Below, in pieces: positions 8,643 to 17,077 of a DNA stretch of 57,516 nucleotides (positions are counted from its first letter, which is position 1; every line of letters starts with the position of its first letter). Under the pieces are notes generated by a model. That model made no database searches. It saw only the letters and a list, made by a program, of their open reading frames with translations, and was not told the DNA's origin. A program made the position numbers and the translations under genes. Origin of the DNA: Acidimicrobiia bacterium (GTDB lineage Bacteria > Actinomycetota > Acidimicrobiia > IMCC26256 > PALSA-610); NCBI GenBank assembly GCA_036277635.1, contig DASUMP010000067.1, positions 1-57,516 on the forward strand, written 5' to 3'.

Positions 8643-9776
8643 ATGCTGACGCCGTTCGACGACTACCCGATCCATCAGACGTCGGAGCCGATCGCGCACA
8701 CGCTGCAAGGGAGCTCGAACGCGTACGACCGCTACTTCTTCAACGGGTACTCGCGTGACGGGTCGCTCTTCTTCGCCGCCGCCCTCGGCCTGTACCCGAA
8801 CCGACGGGTGATGGACGCCGCGTTCGCGGTCGTGCGTGATGGTGAGGAGATCTCGGTCATCGCGTCGCGACGCGCGCCGCTCGATCCGACCGACACGACC
8901 GTCGGTCCGATCACCGTGCGCGTCGAAGAGCCGTTGCGCCGGCTCCGCGTCACCGTCGTCGACAACGACTCGGGTCTCGCTGCGGATCTCGTGTTCGGCG
9001 CGCGTTCGCCCGTCATCGAGGAACCGCGCTTCACGATGTACGACCACACGATCCCCGTGTTCGACTACACGCGCCTCACGCAGTGGGGTGCGTGGTCGGG
9101 GACGCTCACCGTCGACGGTGAGGCGCTGCCCGTCACGCCGTCCGAGGTGCTCGGGTGTCGCGACCGCTCCTGGGGCATCCGGCCGGTCGGACCGCAGGTG
9201 CCCGGTCCCAGCGCCTTCGGCCCCCAGTTCTTCTGGCTGTGGGCACCGCTCAACTTCGACGACGTCTGCGTCCACTTCGACGTGAACGAGCACGGCGACG
9301 GGCGCCAGTGGCACTCGGAAGGCTTGATGGTCCCGGTCCTCGACTCGCCGTCGGCGCCCGTCTACGGACCCGACGCGACGATCGACGTGATGGCGTCGGT
9401 CGCGCACGACGTCACGTGGCAGCCCGGGACGCGCCGCTCGACCCGCGCGACGATCCACCTCCAACCGCAGGCGGGCGACCGCATCAGCGTCGAGCTCGAG
9501 CCGCTCGCCACGTTCTTCATGCGGGGCCTCGGCTACCTGCACCCCGAGTGGGGGCACGGGCAGTGGAAGGGGGAGCTCGCGGTGCACACCGAGCGCTTCT
9601 CGACGACCGACGCCGCGCCACCGGGCCCGAACGTCGACCCGTTCCACCTGCACGTGCAGCAGGTCGTACGGGCGACGATGGGCGAGCACGTGGGCACCGG
9701 AGTGTTCGAACAGCTCGTGCTCGGGCCGTACGCCCCGGGCGGCTTCACCGACGTCCTCGACGGCGCAGCCGGTTGA
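8643..9776 (+). CDS. Conserved hypothetical protein (377 aa), function unknown
   Basis: Clean ORF with non-repetitive composition and motifs such as CRDRSWGIRP and FFWLWAPLNFDD. The -10-like TAGGCT lies 6 nt upstream of the ATG, suggesting a leaderless transcript. I cannot assign a family with confidence; an AttH/CrtC-like beta-rich fold is only a guess. Confidence 0.6.
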   Translation: MLTPFDDYPIHQTSEPIAHTLQGSSNAYDRYFFNGYSRDGSLFFAAALGLYPNRRVMDAAFAVVRDGEEISVIASRRAPLDPTDTTVGPITVRVEEPLRRLRVTVVDNDSGLAADLVFGARSPVIEEPRFTMYDHTIPVFDYTRLTQWGAWSGTLTVDGEALPVTPSEVLGCRDRSWGIRPVGPQVPGPSAFGPQFFWLWAPLNFDDVCVHFDVNEHGDGRQWHSEGLMVPVLDSPSAPVYGPDATIDVMASVAHDVTWQPGTRRSTRATIHLQPQAGDRISVELEPLATFFMRGLGYLHPEWGHGQWKGELAVHTERFSTTDAAPPGPNVDPFHLHVQQVVRATMGEHVGTGVFEQLVLGPYAPGGFTDVLDGAAG

Positions 9777-10525
9777 TCGTCTTCGTCGGAGGCGTGCACC
9801 GCAGCGGCACCACGCTGGTGGCGCGCGCGTTGGCGGCGCACCCGGACGCGTCCGGTCTCGTCGACACCGGCGTCCCCGAAGACGAAGGCCAGCACCTCCA
9901 GTCCGTGTATCCCACCGGCGAGACCCACGGTGGACCGGGCCGGTTCGCGCTCGACCCCGCTGCCCACCTCACCGAAGCCGACGCCGGGGCGGATCACGCC
10001 GACCGCTTGCGGGCCGCGTGGGATCCCTACTGGGACACCACCCGCGCCGTGCTCGTGGAGAAGTCGCCACCGAACCTCGTGCGGTTCCGCTACCTCAGCG
10101 CGGTCTTCCCCGACGCGCGGTTCGTCGCCGTCGTGCGCCATCCGGTCCCGGTCGTGCTCGCGACGTTCAAGATGGCGCCGCCCGACACGTCGGTGCACAC
10201 GGTGCTGCGCAACTGGGTCGTCGCGCACGAGACGTTCCGCGACGACGAAGGTCACCTCGCGCGTGTGCGGGTCGTGCGCTACGAAGACTTCGTCGCCCAA
10301 CCCGCGTCCGTGCTCGACGAGCTGCACCGCTTCGTCGGTCTCCCGCCGCGCGCAACCGATCTCGACATCCGACCCGACCGCGACGCGCAGTATTCCCGAC
10401 AGTGGCGCGCGGCCACCGGTCGCGCCTCGCTCCGCCGCCACTTCCTGGCGCGCCGCTACGACGGGCGCGTACGGGCGCTCGGCTTCGGCTACTCGCTGCG
10501 CGATCTTCCCGGTGCGGCCGACTGA
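9773..10525 (+). CDS. Sulfotransferase family protein
   Basis: In frame within track ORF 9155..10525. Reads LIVFVGGVHRSGTTLVARAL (5'-PSB-loop-like P-loop at the extreme N-terminus) and VVRHPVPVV (3'-PB-like). The proposed TTG start at 9773 overlaps the preceding stop (TTGA). The start is uncertain. Confidence 0.65.
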   Translation: MIVFVGGVHRSGTTLVARALAAHPDASGLVDTGVPEDEGQHLQSVYPTGETHGGPGRFALDPAAHLTEADAGADHADRLRAAWDPYWDTTRAVLVEKSPPNLVRFRYLSAVFPDARFVAVVRHPVPVVLATFKMAPPDTSVHTVLRNWVVAHETFRDDEGHLARVRVVRYEDFVAQPASVLDELHRFVGLPPRATDLDIRPDRDAQYSRQWRAATGRASLRRHFLARRYDGRVRALGFGYSLRDLPGAAD

Positions 10526-10529
10526 GCGG

Positions 10530-11810
10530 TCAGCCGCGCACGGTCGAGAACCGGCATGGCATGCGCTTGATGCCGTGGATGAACGCCGACTGCAAGTAGT
10601 CGGGCTCGCCGCTCACCTCGATGTCGGGGAGGCGGCGCAGCAGCTCTTCGAACATGACGCGGATCTCGCGCCGGGCGAGGTTCGCACCGAGGCAGAAGTG
10701 CGGGCCGCCGGCGCCGAACCCGACGTGCTCGTTCGGCGAGCGGGTCACGTCGAAGCGGAACGGATCGTCGAACGCGCGCTCGTCGCGGTTCGCGGAGTTG
10801 TAGAACATCACGACCTTCTCGCCCGCGCGGATCTCCTGCCCTCCGACGACGGCGTCGCGACTGGCGGTGCGGCGGAAGTGGATGACCGGGGTGGCCCACC
10901 GCACGATCTCTTCGACCGCCGTGGGCGCGACGGCGTCGAAGTCGGCCAGCCAGATCGCCCGTTGCTCAGGGTGTTGTGTGAGCGCGAGCAGACCGTGACT
11001 GATCGCGGTGCGGGTGGTCTCGTTGCCCGCCACGACGAGCAGCAAGAAGAACGAGCCGAGCTCGCCGGTCGTGAGACGGTGTCGGCCGTCTTCGTCTTCC
11101 ACCTCCGCGTGCATCAAGGTGCTGGTGATGTCGTCGCGCGGGTTGTCGAGTCGGTCCTGGGCCAGCTCGAGGCCGTAGGTGAACAGCTCCATACCCGCGG
11201 CCATGAGCTCTTCGAGCGAGCTCACGTACTCGGGGTCACCCACACCGAGGATCATGTTCGTGAGCTCGAGGATCCGCGGCGTATCGGCACGCGGGATGCC
11301 GAGCATGTCGCAGATGATCTGGAGCGGCAGCGCCGCGGCGACCTCGTGGACGAAGTCGCACTCGCCGAGCGTCGCCACCCGATCGACGATCTCACGCGCC
11401 TGCTCACGCACGGTGTCTTCGATGCGCGCGACCTGCCGGGGTGTGAACCCCCGGTTCACGATCAGCCGCAGCTTCGTGTGCTTCGGCGCGTCCATGTTGA
11501 TCATCGAGCCGAGCCACTCGGCGATCTCGGGCGGGATGTCGCCGATGTTCGTACCCGGCGACGATCGGAACGTGTCGGGGTCGCGGCTGACCTGCATGAC
11601 GTCGGCGTAGCGGGTCAATGCCCAGAACCCTGGTCCGCGCGGGATGCGCTCGTCGGGGGTCTCGGGTTCGGCGTGGAACGACACCGGCGCCTCGGCGCGC
11701 AGCTTGGCGAAGACGCCTTCCCGGTCGGGGCGCATCCACACCGCGAGGTCGCCGAGGCGGATCTCGTCGAGGGTGAGCGTGGTGTCGGGGATCGGCACGA
11801 TCGTCGTCAC
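10530..11810 (-). CDS. Cytochrome P450 (CYP124/CYP125/CYP142-like lipid or steroid omega-hydroxylase type)
   Basis: 426 aa. Has the AGNETT I-helix motif, an EEIVRW (ExxR) motif and the heme-thiolate loop FGAGGPHFCLGANLAR. The C-terminal FIHGIKRMPCRF is typical of these clans. Confidence 0.9.
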   Translation of the reverse strand: MTTIVPIPDTTLTLDEIRLGDLAVWMRPDREGVFAKLRAEAPVSFHAEPETPDERIPRGPGFWALTRYADVMQVSRDPDTFRSSPGTNIGDIPPEIAEWLGSMINMDAPKHTKLRLIVNRGFTPRQVARIEDTVREQAREIVDRVATLGECDFVHEVAAALPLQIICDMLGIPRADTPRILELTNMILGVGDPEYVSSLEELMAAGMELFTYGLELAQDRLDNPRDDITSTLMHAEVEDEDGRHRLTTGELGSFFLLLVVAGNETTRTAISHGLLALTQHPEQRAIWLADFDAVAPTAVEEIVRWATPVIHFRRTASRDAVVGGQEIRAGEKVVMFYNSANRDERAFDDPFRFDVTRSPNEHVGFGAGGPHFCLGANLARREIRVMFEELLRRLPDIEVSGEPDYLQSAFIHGIKRMPCRFSTVRG

Positions 11811-11837
11811 TGGACCTCCGGGCGTCGAGCTCGGATG

Positions 11838-12755
11838 CTACGACTCGAGCGTCGGCATGAAGGGCGGGACGCCGCGCTCGGAGCGCGCGAACAGCGCATC
11901 GGCGACCTCGTCGATGCGCGTGATCGTCCACGGCTTCTCGTCGGTCGATTCGGTGATCGGGCGCCAGCCGCGCAGCAGCTGGACCTGCCCGCCCTGCACC
12001 TTCACGACCTGGCCGGTGACCCCAGCGGAGAGGTCGCTCGCGAGCCAGCCCACCACCGCCGCGATGTTCTCGGGCGCGAACCGATCGAACTCGCCCTCCT
12101 TGGCGTTCATGAAGTCGCCCGCGACCGCCTCGGTGAGCCGCGTCCGGGCGACCGGGCAGATCGCGTTCACGCGCACGCCGAGCCGCTCGAGCTCGCGCGC
12201 CATCACGATCGTCATCGACGCGATCCCCGCCTTCGCCGCGGCGTAGTTCACCTGGCCGGCGTTGCCGTAGAGCCCCGATTCCGACGCGGTGTTGACGATC
12301 TTCGCGTTGGCGGGTTCGCCGGTGTCCTTCATCCGCTGCCGCCAGTACGACGCCGCGAACCGCGACGGCGCGAAGTGGCCCTTCAGGTGCACGTCGACGA
12401 CCGCGTCCCAGTCGGCCTCGTCCATGTTGAAGCTCATCTTGTCGCGCAGGATCCCGGCGTTGTTCACGAGGATGTCGAGCCGGCCGAAGCTCTCGACCGC
12501 CTGCTGGATCAGGCGTTCGGCGCCCGCCCACGACGAGACGCTGTCGCCGTTGACGACAGCACGACCGCCCGCGGCGGTGATCTCCGCCGCCACCTCCTGC
12601 GCGGGCGTCGCGTCGGCACCGTCGCCGCCGCTCGTCCCACCGAGATCGTTCACGACGACCGCCGCCCCCTCGGACGCCAGCAGCAGCGCGTGCGCGCGCC
12701 CGATGCCCCGTCCGGCGCCGGTGACGATCGCGACCTTGCCGTCGAACAGACCCAC
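11838..12755 (-). CDS. Short-chain dehydrogenase/reductase, MFE-2/Hsd4A-type (probable 3-hydroxyacyl-CoA dehydrogenase)
   Basis: 305 aa. Contains TGAGRGIGRAHALLLASEGAAVVVND, NNAG and the catalytic YAAAKAG. The overall layout resembles the N-terminal SDR of 17-beta-HSD4-type enzymes. Confidence 0.8.
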   Translation of the reverse strand: MGLFDGKVAIVTGAGRGIGRAHALLLASEGAAVVVNDLGGTSGGDGADATPAQEVAAEITAAGGRAVVNGDSVSSWAGAERLIQQAVESFGRLDILVNNAGILRDKMSFNMDEADWDAVVDVHLKGHFAPSRFAASYWRQRMKDTGEPANAKIVNTASESGLYGNAGQVNYAAAKAGIASMTIVMARELERLGVRVNAICPVARTRLTEAVAGDFMNAKEGEFDRFAPENIAAVVGWLASDLSAGVTGQVVKVQGGQVQLLRGWRPITESTDEKPWTITRIDEVADALFARSERGVPPFMPTLES

Positions 12756-12767
12756 GAAGTGCTCCTC

Positions 12768-13565
12768 CTACTCTCCGGTGAACCGCGCGTCGCGCTTTTC
12801 GCGGAACGCGGCCATCCCCTCGACGAGGTCGGGTGACGTCGTCGCCAACGACTGGTGCAGTGCTTCGAGCTCGAGCGCGCGCGACAGGTCGGTCTCGAAC
12901 GTCGCGTTGAGGAGGCGCTTCGACAGGCCGAGCGAGCGGGTGGGTCCGGCGGCGAGTCGTTGCGCGAGCTGTTCGGCGGTCGACGCGAGCTCGTCGGCGG
13001 GCACGCATCGGTACGCGAGGCCGAGCGCGACCGCCTCGTCGCCCGCCGCGCCCTCACCGAGCAGCACCATCGCCTTGGCGCGGGGCAGCCCGACGAGGCG
13101 AGGCAGCAGGTACGCGCCGCCGGCGTCGACCGCGAGGCCCCATCGAGCGAAGCTCCACGCGAACTTCGTGGCGGGCTGCACGAGCACGAAGTCGCAGGCG
13201 AGCGCGAGGTGCGCGCCGGGTCCCACTGCGGTGCCCTGCACCGCGGCGACGGTGGGCTTGTCGAGCTCCCATAGTTCCCGCACGAACGCCTGCACGCCCG
13301 CGCGCAACGCCTCGGCGGTGGATCGCGGGTTGAAGTCGGGCCGTCCCGCGTGCGCGACGGTGGACGCGCCGAGGTCCATGCCCGCACAGAACGCGTCGCC
13401 CGTAGCCGTGACGAGCACGCAGCGCACGGCCGGGTCGGCGCGGAACGCGCGCACCGCGTCGACGATGCCGTCGCGCATCTCGGGGGTGAGCGCGTTCTTC
13501 GCGTCGGGCCGGTCGAGGACGATGCGGCCGACGTGGTCGTCGGTGACCTCGGTGCGCAGCGTCAT
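12768..13565 (-). CDS. Enoyl-CoA hydratase/isomerase (crotonase family)
   Basis: 265 aa. Contains RIVLDRPDAKNALT and GDAFCAGMDLG, typical of the crotonase fold. Its start shares one nt with the upstream stop. Confidence 0.85.
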   Translation of the reverse strand: MTLRTEVTDDHVGRIVLDRPDAKNALTPEMRDGIVDAVRAFRADPAVRCVLVTATGDAFCAGMDLGASTVAHAGRPDFNPRSTAEALRAGVQAFVRELWELDKPTVAAVQGTAVGPGAHLALACDFVLVQPATKFAWSFARWGLAVDAGGAYLLPRLVGLPRAKAMVLLGEGAAGDEAVALGLAYRCVPADELASTAEQLAQRLAAGPTRSLGLSKRLLNATFETDLSRALELEALHQSLATTSPDLVEGMAAFREKRDARFTGE

Positions 13566-14743
13566 CAGGCGGGGTTGGTGGTGAGGATGTTCACGACCGA
13601 CACGCCTGAGCCGCGACCGCCGGCGTTGTGTTGGAGCGCGAAGCCGTTGCGGATCTGCACTTGGCGCTCACCCGCGTCGCCGCGGAGCTGCCACCAGCAC
13701 TCGGTGAGCTGGGCGACCCCGGTGGCGCCGATCGGATGCCCCTTGGCGAGCAGCCCGCCCGACGGGTTGACGGGGATGCGACCGGTGAGCGCGGTCTCGC
13801 CTTCGAAGCTGGCGACCCCACCCTTGCCCTTCTCGACGAAGCCGAGGTCTTCGATGTCGAGGATCTCGGTGATCGTGAAGCAGTCGTGCACCTCGGCGAC
13901 GTCGACCTGGTCGGGTCCGATGCCGGCCATCGCGTACGCGCGCTGCGCGGCGAGGCGGGTCGCGGCGAGCTCGGTGAAGGACGACTTCTCGTGAAGGTAC
14001 GGGTGGTCGGTGCCGACGCCGAAGCCGGCCACGTAGACCGGACGGTCGGTGAACTCCGACGCGCGGTCGGCACGCACGAGGAGCGCGGCCGCGGCGCCGT
14101 CGGTCTGCGGGCAGCAGTCGAGGAGGTGGAGAGGGCTGCACACCGCGGGTGACGCGAGCACGTCGTCGATCGTGATCTCGTTCTGGAAGTGAGCGTACGG
14201 GTCACGCGCACCGTTGAAGTGGTTCTTCACCGCGACCGACGCGAGCATCTCGCGCGTCGTGCCGAACTCGTGCATGTGCCGGGTGGCGAACGGCGCGAAC
14301 AACACCGGAGCGGTCTCGCCGCGGGTGAAGATCGGGTGACCCGACGCGGCGCGCGAGAGCAGCCCCTCCTCGGTCGACTTGTCGCGCATCTTCTCGACCC
14401 CGATGACGAGCACGACGTCGTGCACGCCGCTGGCGACCGCCATCGCGCCGACGCGGAACGCGTCGGATCCCGACGGGCACGCGTTCTCGATGCGGGTGCA
14501 GGGGATGCCGTTGAGCCCGATCGCGCTCGGCACCGTGTTCCCGCCGATGCCCTCCTGGCCCCAGAGCGTCCCACGCTGGGTCGCCACGAACGCGGCGTCG
14601 ACCAGTCGGGGATCGAAGCCCTTGTCGACGCCCGCCATGGCGGCCGCGAACGCGCCGGCGGCCATCTGCTCGTAGCTCTGGTCGAACAGCTCACCCATCT
14701 TGATGAGTCCGCCGCCCACCATCGCGACGCGGTTCCAGCTCAT
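13565..14743 (-). CDS. SCP-x/archaeal-type thiolase (lipid-transfer-protein Ltp-like) with retained nucleophile Cys
   Basis: Internal start MSWNRVAMVGGG within track ORF 13565..16039. Contains IENACPSGSDAF (Cys nucleophile context) and NPSGGLLAKGHPIGATG. No C-terminal CxG. ATGA overlap with the upstream gene. Confidence 0.8.
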   Translation of the reverse strand: MSWNRVAMVGGGLIKMGELFDQSYEQMAAGAFAAAMAGVDKGFDPRLVDAAFVATQRGTLWGQEGIGGNTVPSAIGLNGIPCTRIENACPSGSDAFRVGAMAVASGVHDVVLVIGVEKMRDKSTEEGLLSRAASGHPIFTRGETAPVLFAPFATRHMHEFGTTREMLASVAVKNHFNGARDPYAHFQNEITIDDVLASPAVCSPLHLLDCCPQTDGAAAALLVRADRASEFTDRPVYVAGFGVGTDHPYLHEKSSFTELAATRLAAQRAYAMAGIGPDQVDVAEVHDCFTITEILDIEDLGFVEKGKGGVASFEGETALTGRIPVNPSGGLLAKGHPIGATGVAQLTECWWQLRGDAGERQVQIRNGFALQHNAGGRGSGVSVVNILTTNPA

Positions 14744-16149
14744 GATGCGCTCTCCTCGACGTCGCGCACGGGTCGGGCCTTGAAGCCGTAGACCGGCACC
14801 CCGCGTTCGTGTGCGTACTTGCGCAGCACGAGCTCCACGCGGGTGCCGACCGCGAGCTCGCTGCCGTCGCCCGCGACCTGGAGCATCAGCCGGGCGCCGT
14901 CGTCGAGGTCGAGCACCGCGATCGGAAGGGGCGCGACGAACGGTGCCGGCATCGTCTGGTTCACCACGAACGTGTGGACCGTGCCGGCACGGGCCAACGC
15001 CACCGGCTCCAGCTTCGGTGCGCCACACGCGATGCACGTGGGGTGCACCGACGGCGGTGTCGAGATCGTCCCGCAGTCGATGCAGCGGCCACCGAGCAAC
15101 CCGAGCATCTCGTCGGCGCCGCGAGCGAACAGCGCGCTCTCCGGAGGCACTCCCATCGGGACCGTCTCGCCACCCGCGATCAGCTGGCGACGAGCGCGCA
15201 GCACGTCGGGGTACGTCGTGGCGATGTCGGTCTGCAACGAGCGACGCGTGCGCGCCGCGCCCGGGACGGGAGCGTCGGCGTCGATCGTCAGTCCGGTGGT
15301 GCGGCCGCCGCCCGCGGCGACGACCGCGACGATGCCCGCGGCGTCGAGCGCGGCGCACGCGCCGAGCAACGCGCTCGCCGCGCCGCAGTCGCCGACCTCG
15401 GCGATGACGGTGGCGGACTCGGCCGGCGCGGCGCCGACCGCCCGCGCGACGGCGTTGCCGAGGCGCCCGTCGGGATCGGGGAGCGACCACGCGCGCGGCT
15501 CGAAGACCGCGAGCTCGGTCGCGACCTCGGTCGTGGTCGGGAGGAAGATCTCGTCGCGGAACAGCCGTGCGTCGTAGAGGTCGCGCGTGTCGGTCTCGCC
15601 GTCGCCGCGGTAGCGATCGAGCAGTGGGCGGGTGCGCGTGACGCGGGCGACGAGCGCGGCGCGGCCGCCGCTGGCCGCGAGCACGAACGCGGCCGCGCCG
15701 GCACCGGTGCGGGGCTCGGCGGGTCCACCGGGTGCGGGGCGGAGCGCGTCGGACGCGACGACCAGGGCGACCCGCGCGGATCCCGCGCCGATCGCGTCGG
15801 ACGCGGCGAGGAGCGCTTCGATCCCCGCGTGCGGCGATCCCGCGCAGAGCAGGCCGGTCGAGGTGGTGGCGAGCCCGAGTGCTGCGGCGAGCACCGCGTG
15901 GCTCGGGCCTTCGGCGAACGGCGGTCGCGTGGTGCCCCACCAGAGGCCGTCGACGTGCCCGGGGTCGATCTCGGCGGCGGCGAGCGCGGCGCTCGCGGCC
16001 GACCACGCCAGCGTCAGGGTGTCTTCGTCGGGGGCGCACACCGCGACCTGGCCGCGCCCCGGTGGGCGGTTCCAGGCGGCGGCGACGTCGGCGGCGGCGA
16101 GGCGCAGCGACCCGGCGGCGGCGCCCACTCCGAGCACACGGGTCGGCAT
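14740..16149 (-). CDS. Fusion protein: N-terminal thiolase-fold/HMG-CoA-synthase-like domain plus C-terminal DUF35 (zinc ribbon + OB fold)
   Basis: 469 aa. The N-terminal part has the HMGS/KAS-III-like DEDTLTLAWSAASAAL, GAAAFVL and GDCGAASALLG. The C-terminal ~130 aa has CIDCG..(12)..CIACG followed by an OB-like segment (GTVHTFVV..LDLDDGARLMLQV), as in DUF35 proteins. Confidence 0.7.
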   Translation of the reverse strand: MPTRVLGVGAAAGSLRLAAADVAAAWNRPPGRGQVAVCAPDEDTLTLAWSAASAALAAAEIDPGHVDGLWWGTTRPPFAEGPSHAVLAAALGLATTSTGLLCAGSPHAGIEALLAASDAIGAGSARVALVVASDALRPAPGGPAEPRTGAGAAAFVLAASGGRAALVARVTRTRPLLDRYRGDGETDTRDLYDARLFRDEIFLPTTTEVATELAVFEPRAWSLPDPDGRLGNAVARAVGAAPAESATVIAEVGDCGAASALLGACAALDAAGIVAVVAAGGGRTTGLTIDADAPVPGAARTRRSLQTDIATTYPDVLRARRQLIAGGETVPMGVPPESALFARGADEMLGLLGGRCIDCGTISTPPSVHPTCIACGAPKLEPVALARAGTVHTFVVNQTMPAPFVAPLPIAVLDLDDGARLMLQVAGDGSELAVGTRVELVLRKYAHERGVPVYGFKARPVRDVEESAS

Positions 16150-16179
16150 GGCGAGAACTCCGGACGACGAGCGGGAGAA

Positions 16180-16199
16180 ACCTGACTGTAGCGTCAGGT
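16180..16199. promoter_or_regulatory. ACCTGAC-N6-GTCAGGT palindrome, perfect copy (site 1)
   Basis: ACCTGAC tgtagc GTCAGGT, 31 nt upstream of the start (16149) of the five-gene HMGS-like/thiolase/crotonase/SDR/P450 operon. It could also act as a terminator hairpin for the upstream ABC genes. Confidence 0.55.
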
Positions 16200-16225
16200 C
16201 GCCGCGCCGGTCCGAGGCCGCTGGC

Positions 16226-17077
16226 TCAGCCGCCGAGCCCGAGCAGGCGTTCGCGCCGCACGGAACGGATGCCGCGCCACAGCGCGGCGATCGCGGCGAT
16301 CCACGACACGAGCCCGACGAGCCCGCCCCACGTGCGCGCCGACGCGAGCGACTGCGTCGAGAACCCGTACGCCAGCACGATCAACGGCAACGTGACGAGC
16401 GCGGAGGCCTGCTGCGCGGCGGCGGCGCTCGTGACGCGCGCGGAGATCGACAGGATCAGCGCGACAACGAGCACGAGGAACGGCGGCACCACCCACCCCA
16501 TCAGCACGAGCCAGTTCGTCGTGGGGAAGAACCAACCGCCGACGCCGGGTCCGATCGTGATGTTCACGATCAACGAATACACCGTGAATCCGACGGCGGC
16601 CGTCGCGTACCCGGGCAGGAGCGCAGCCAGGGCCTTGCCGAGGAAGATCTCGCGCTCGGACGCCGGGGAGTGCGCCAGGAACTCGCCGCTCCCGCGTTCG
16701 CGTTCGCCGATCAACGTGTGGGACCCGATCGCGGACGACACCGTCACAGGGACGACGATCGCGAGGGGCGCGAACAGGTACACGGCGAGTGCGTACGCGA
16801 TCTGGTCTTCGGGTCCCGCGCCTTCCAGGTCGTCTTCGATGGAGTCGGGAAGGACCCGTACGACGTCGCCGAGCTCGCGCGCGAAGTCTTGGCTGCGAAT
16901 CGACGTGATCGTCGTGAACAACACGAGGGGGATCACCATGTAGAACAGCGCAGCGACGATGACGAGCGGCATCCAGAAGTCGCGGCTGCGCCGGAGCTGG
17001 CGCAGGTCGGTGCGCGCGATGACCCACGCTCGCCCGGCGCTGCGCATCGGCGAGCCGTCCCTCGACGATGCGGTCAT
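16226..17077 (-). CDS. ABC-2 type transporter permease
   Basis: Multi-pass hydrophobic protein. Start chosen at MTASS (ATG 17077), which forms an ATGA overlap with the ATPase stop. The track start at 17089 is an alternative. Confidence 0.7.
   Translation of the reverse strand: MTASSRDGSPMRSAGRAWVIARTDLRQLRRSRDFWMPLVIVAALFYMVIPLVLFTTITSIRSQDFARELGDVVRVLPDSIEDDLEGAGPEDQIAYALAVYLFAPLAIVVPVTVSSAIGSHTLIGERERGSGEFLAHSPASEREIFLGKALAALLPGYATAAVGFTVYSLIVNITIGPGVGGWFFPTTNWLVLMGWVVPPFLVLVVALILSISARVTSAAAAQQASALVTLPLIVLAYGFSTQSLASARTWGGLVGLVSWIAAIAALWRGIRSVRRERLLGLGG

Noticed and set aside
8615-8644. ACAD alpha start at 8644, forming a GCATGC with overlapping divergent start codons
   Set aside because: The 10 extra residues (MRAAYGRFAR) are not ACAD-like. 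The ATG at 8614 has a correctly spaced -10-like TAGGTT box. The overlapping-start arrangement is therefore considered less likely, though not excluded.
9930-12836. 968-aa plus-strand ORF
   Set aside because: It lies antisense to the P450, SDR and crotonase genes, all of which have diagnostic motifs. It is a shadow ORF.
13565-16039. 824-aa reading of the thiolase frame, and the 689-aa reading at 6435..8504
   Set aside because: The upstream extensions are Arg-rich and overlap well-supported genes in another frame. Internal starts (MSWNRV at 14743, MDFTTT at 7436) coincide exactly with ATGA/TGATG overlaps to the upstream gene stops.
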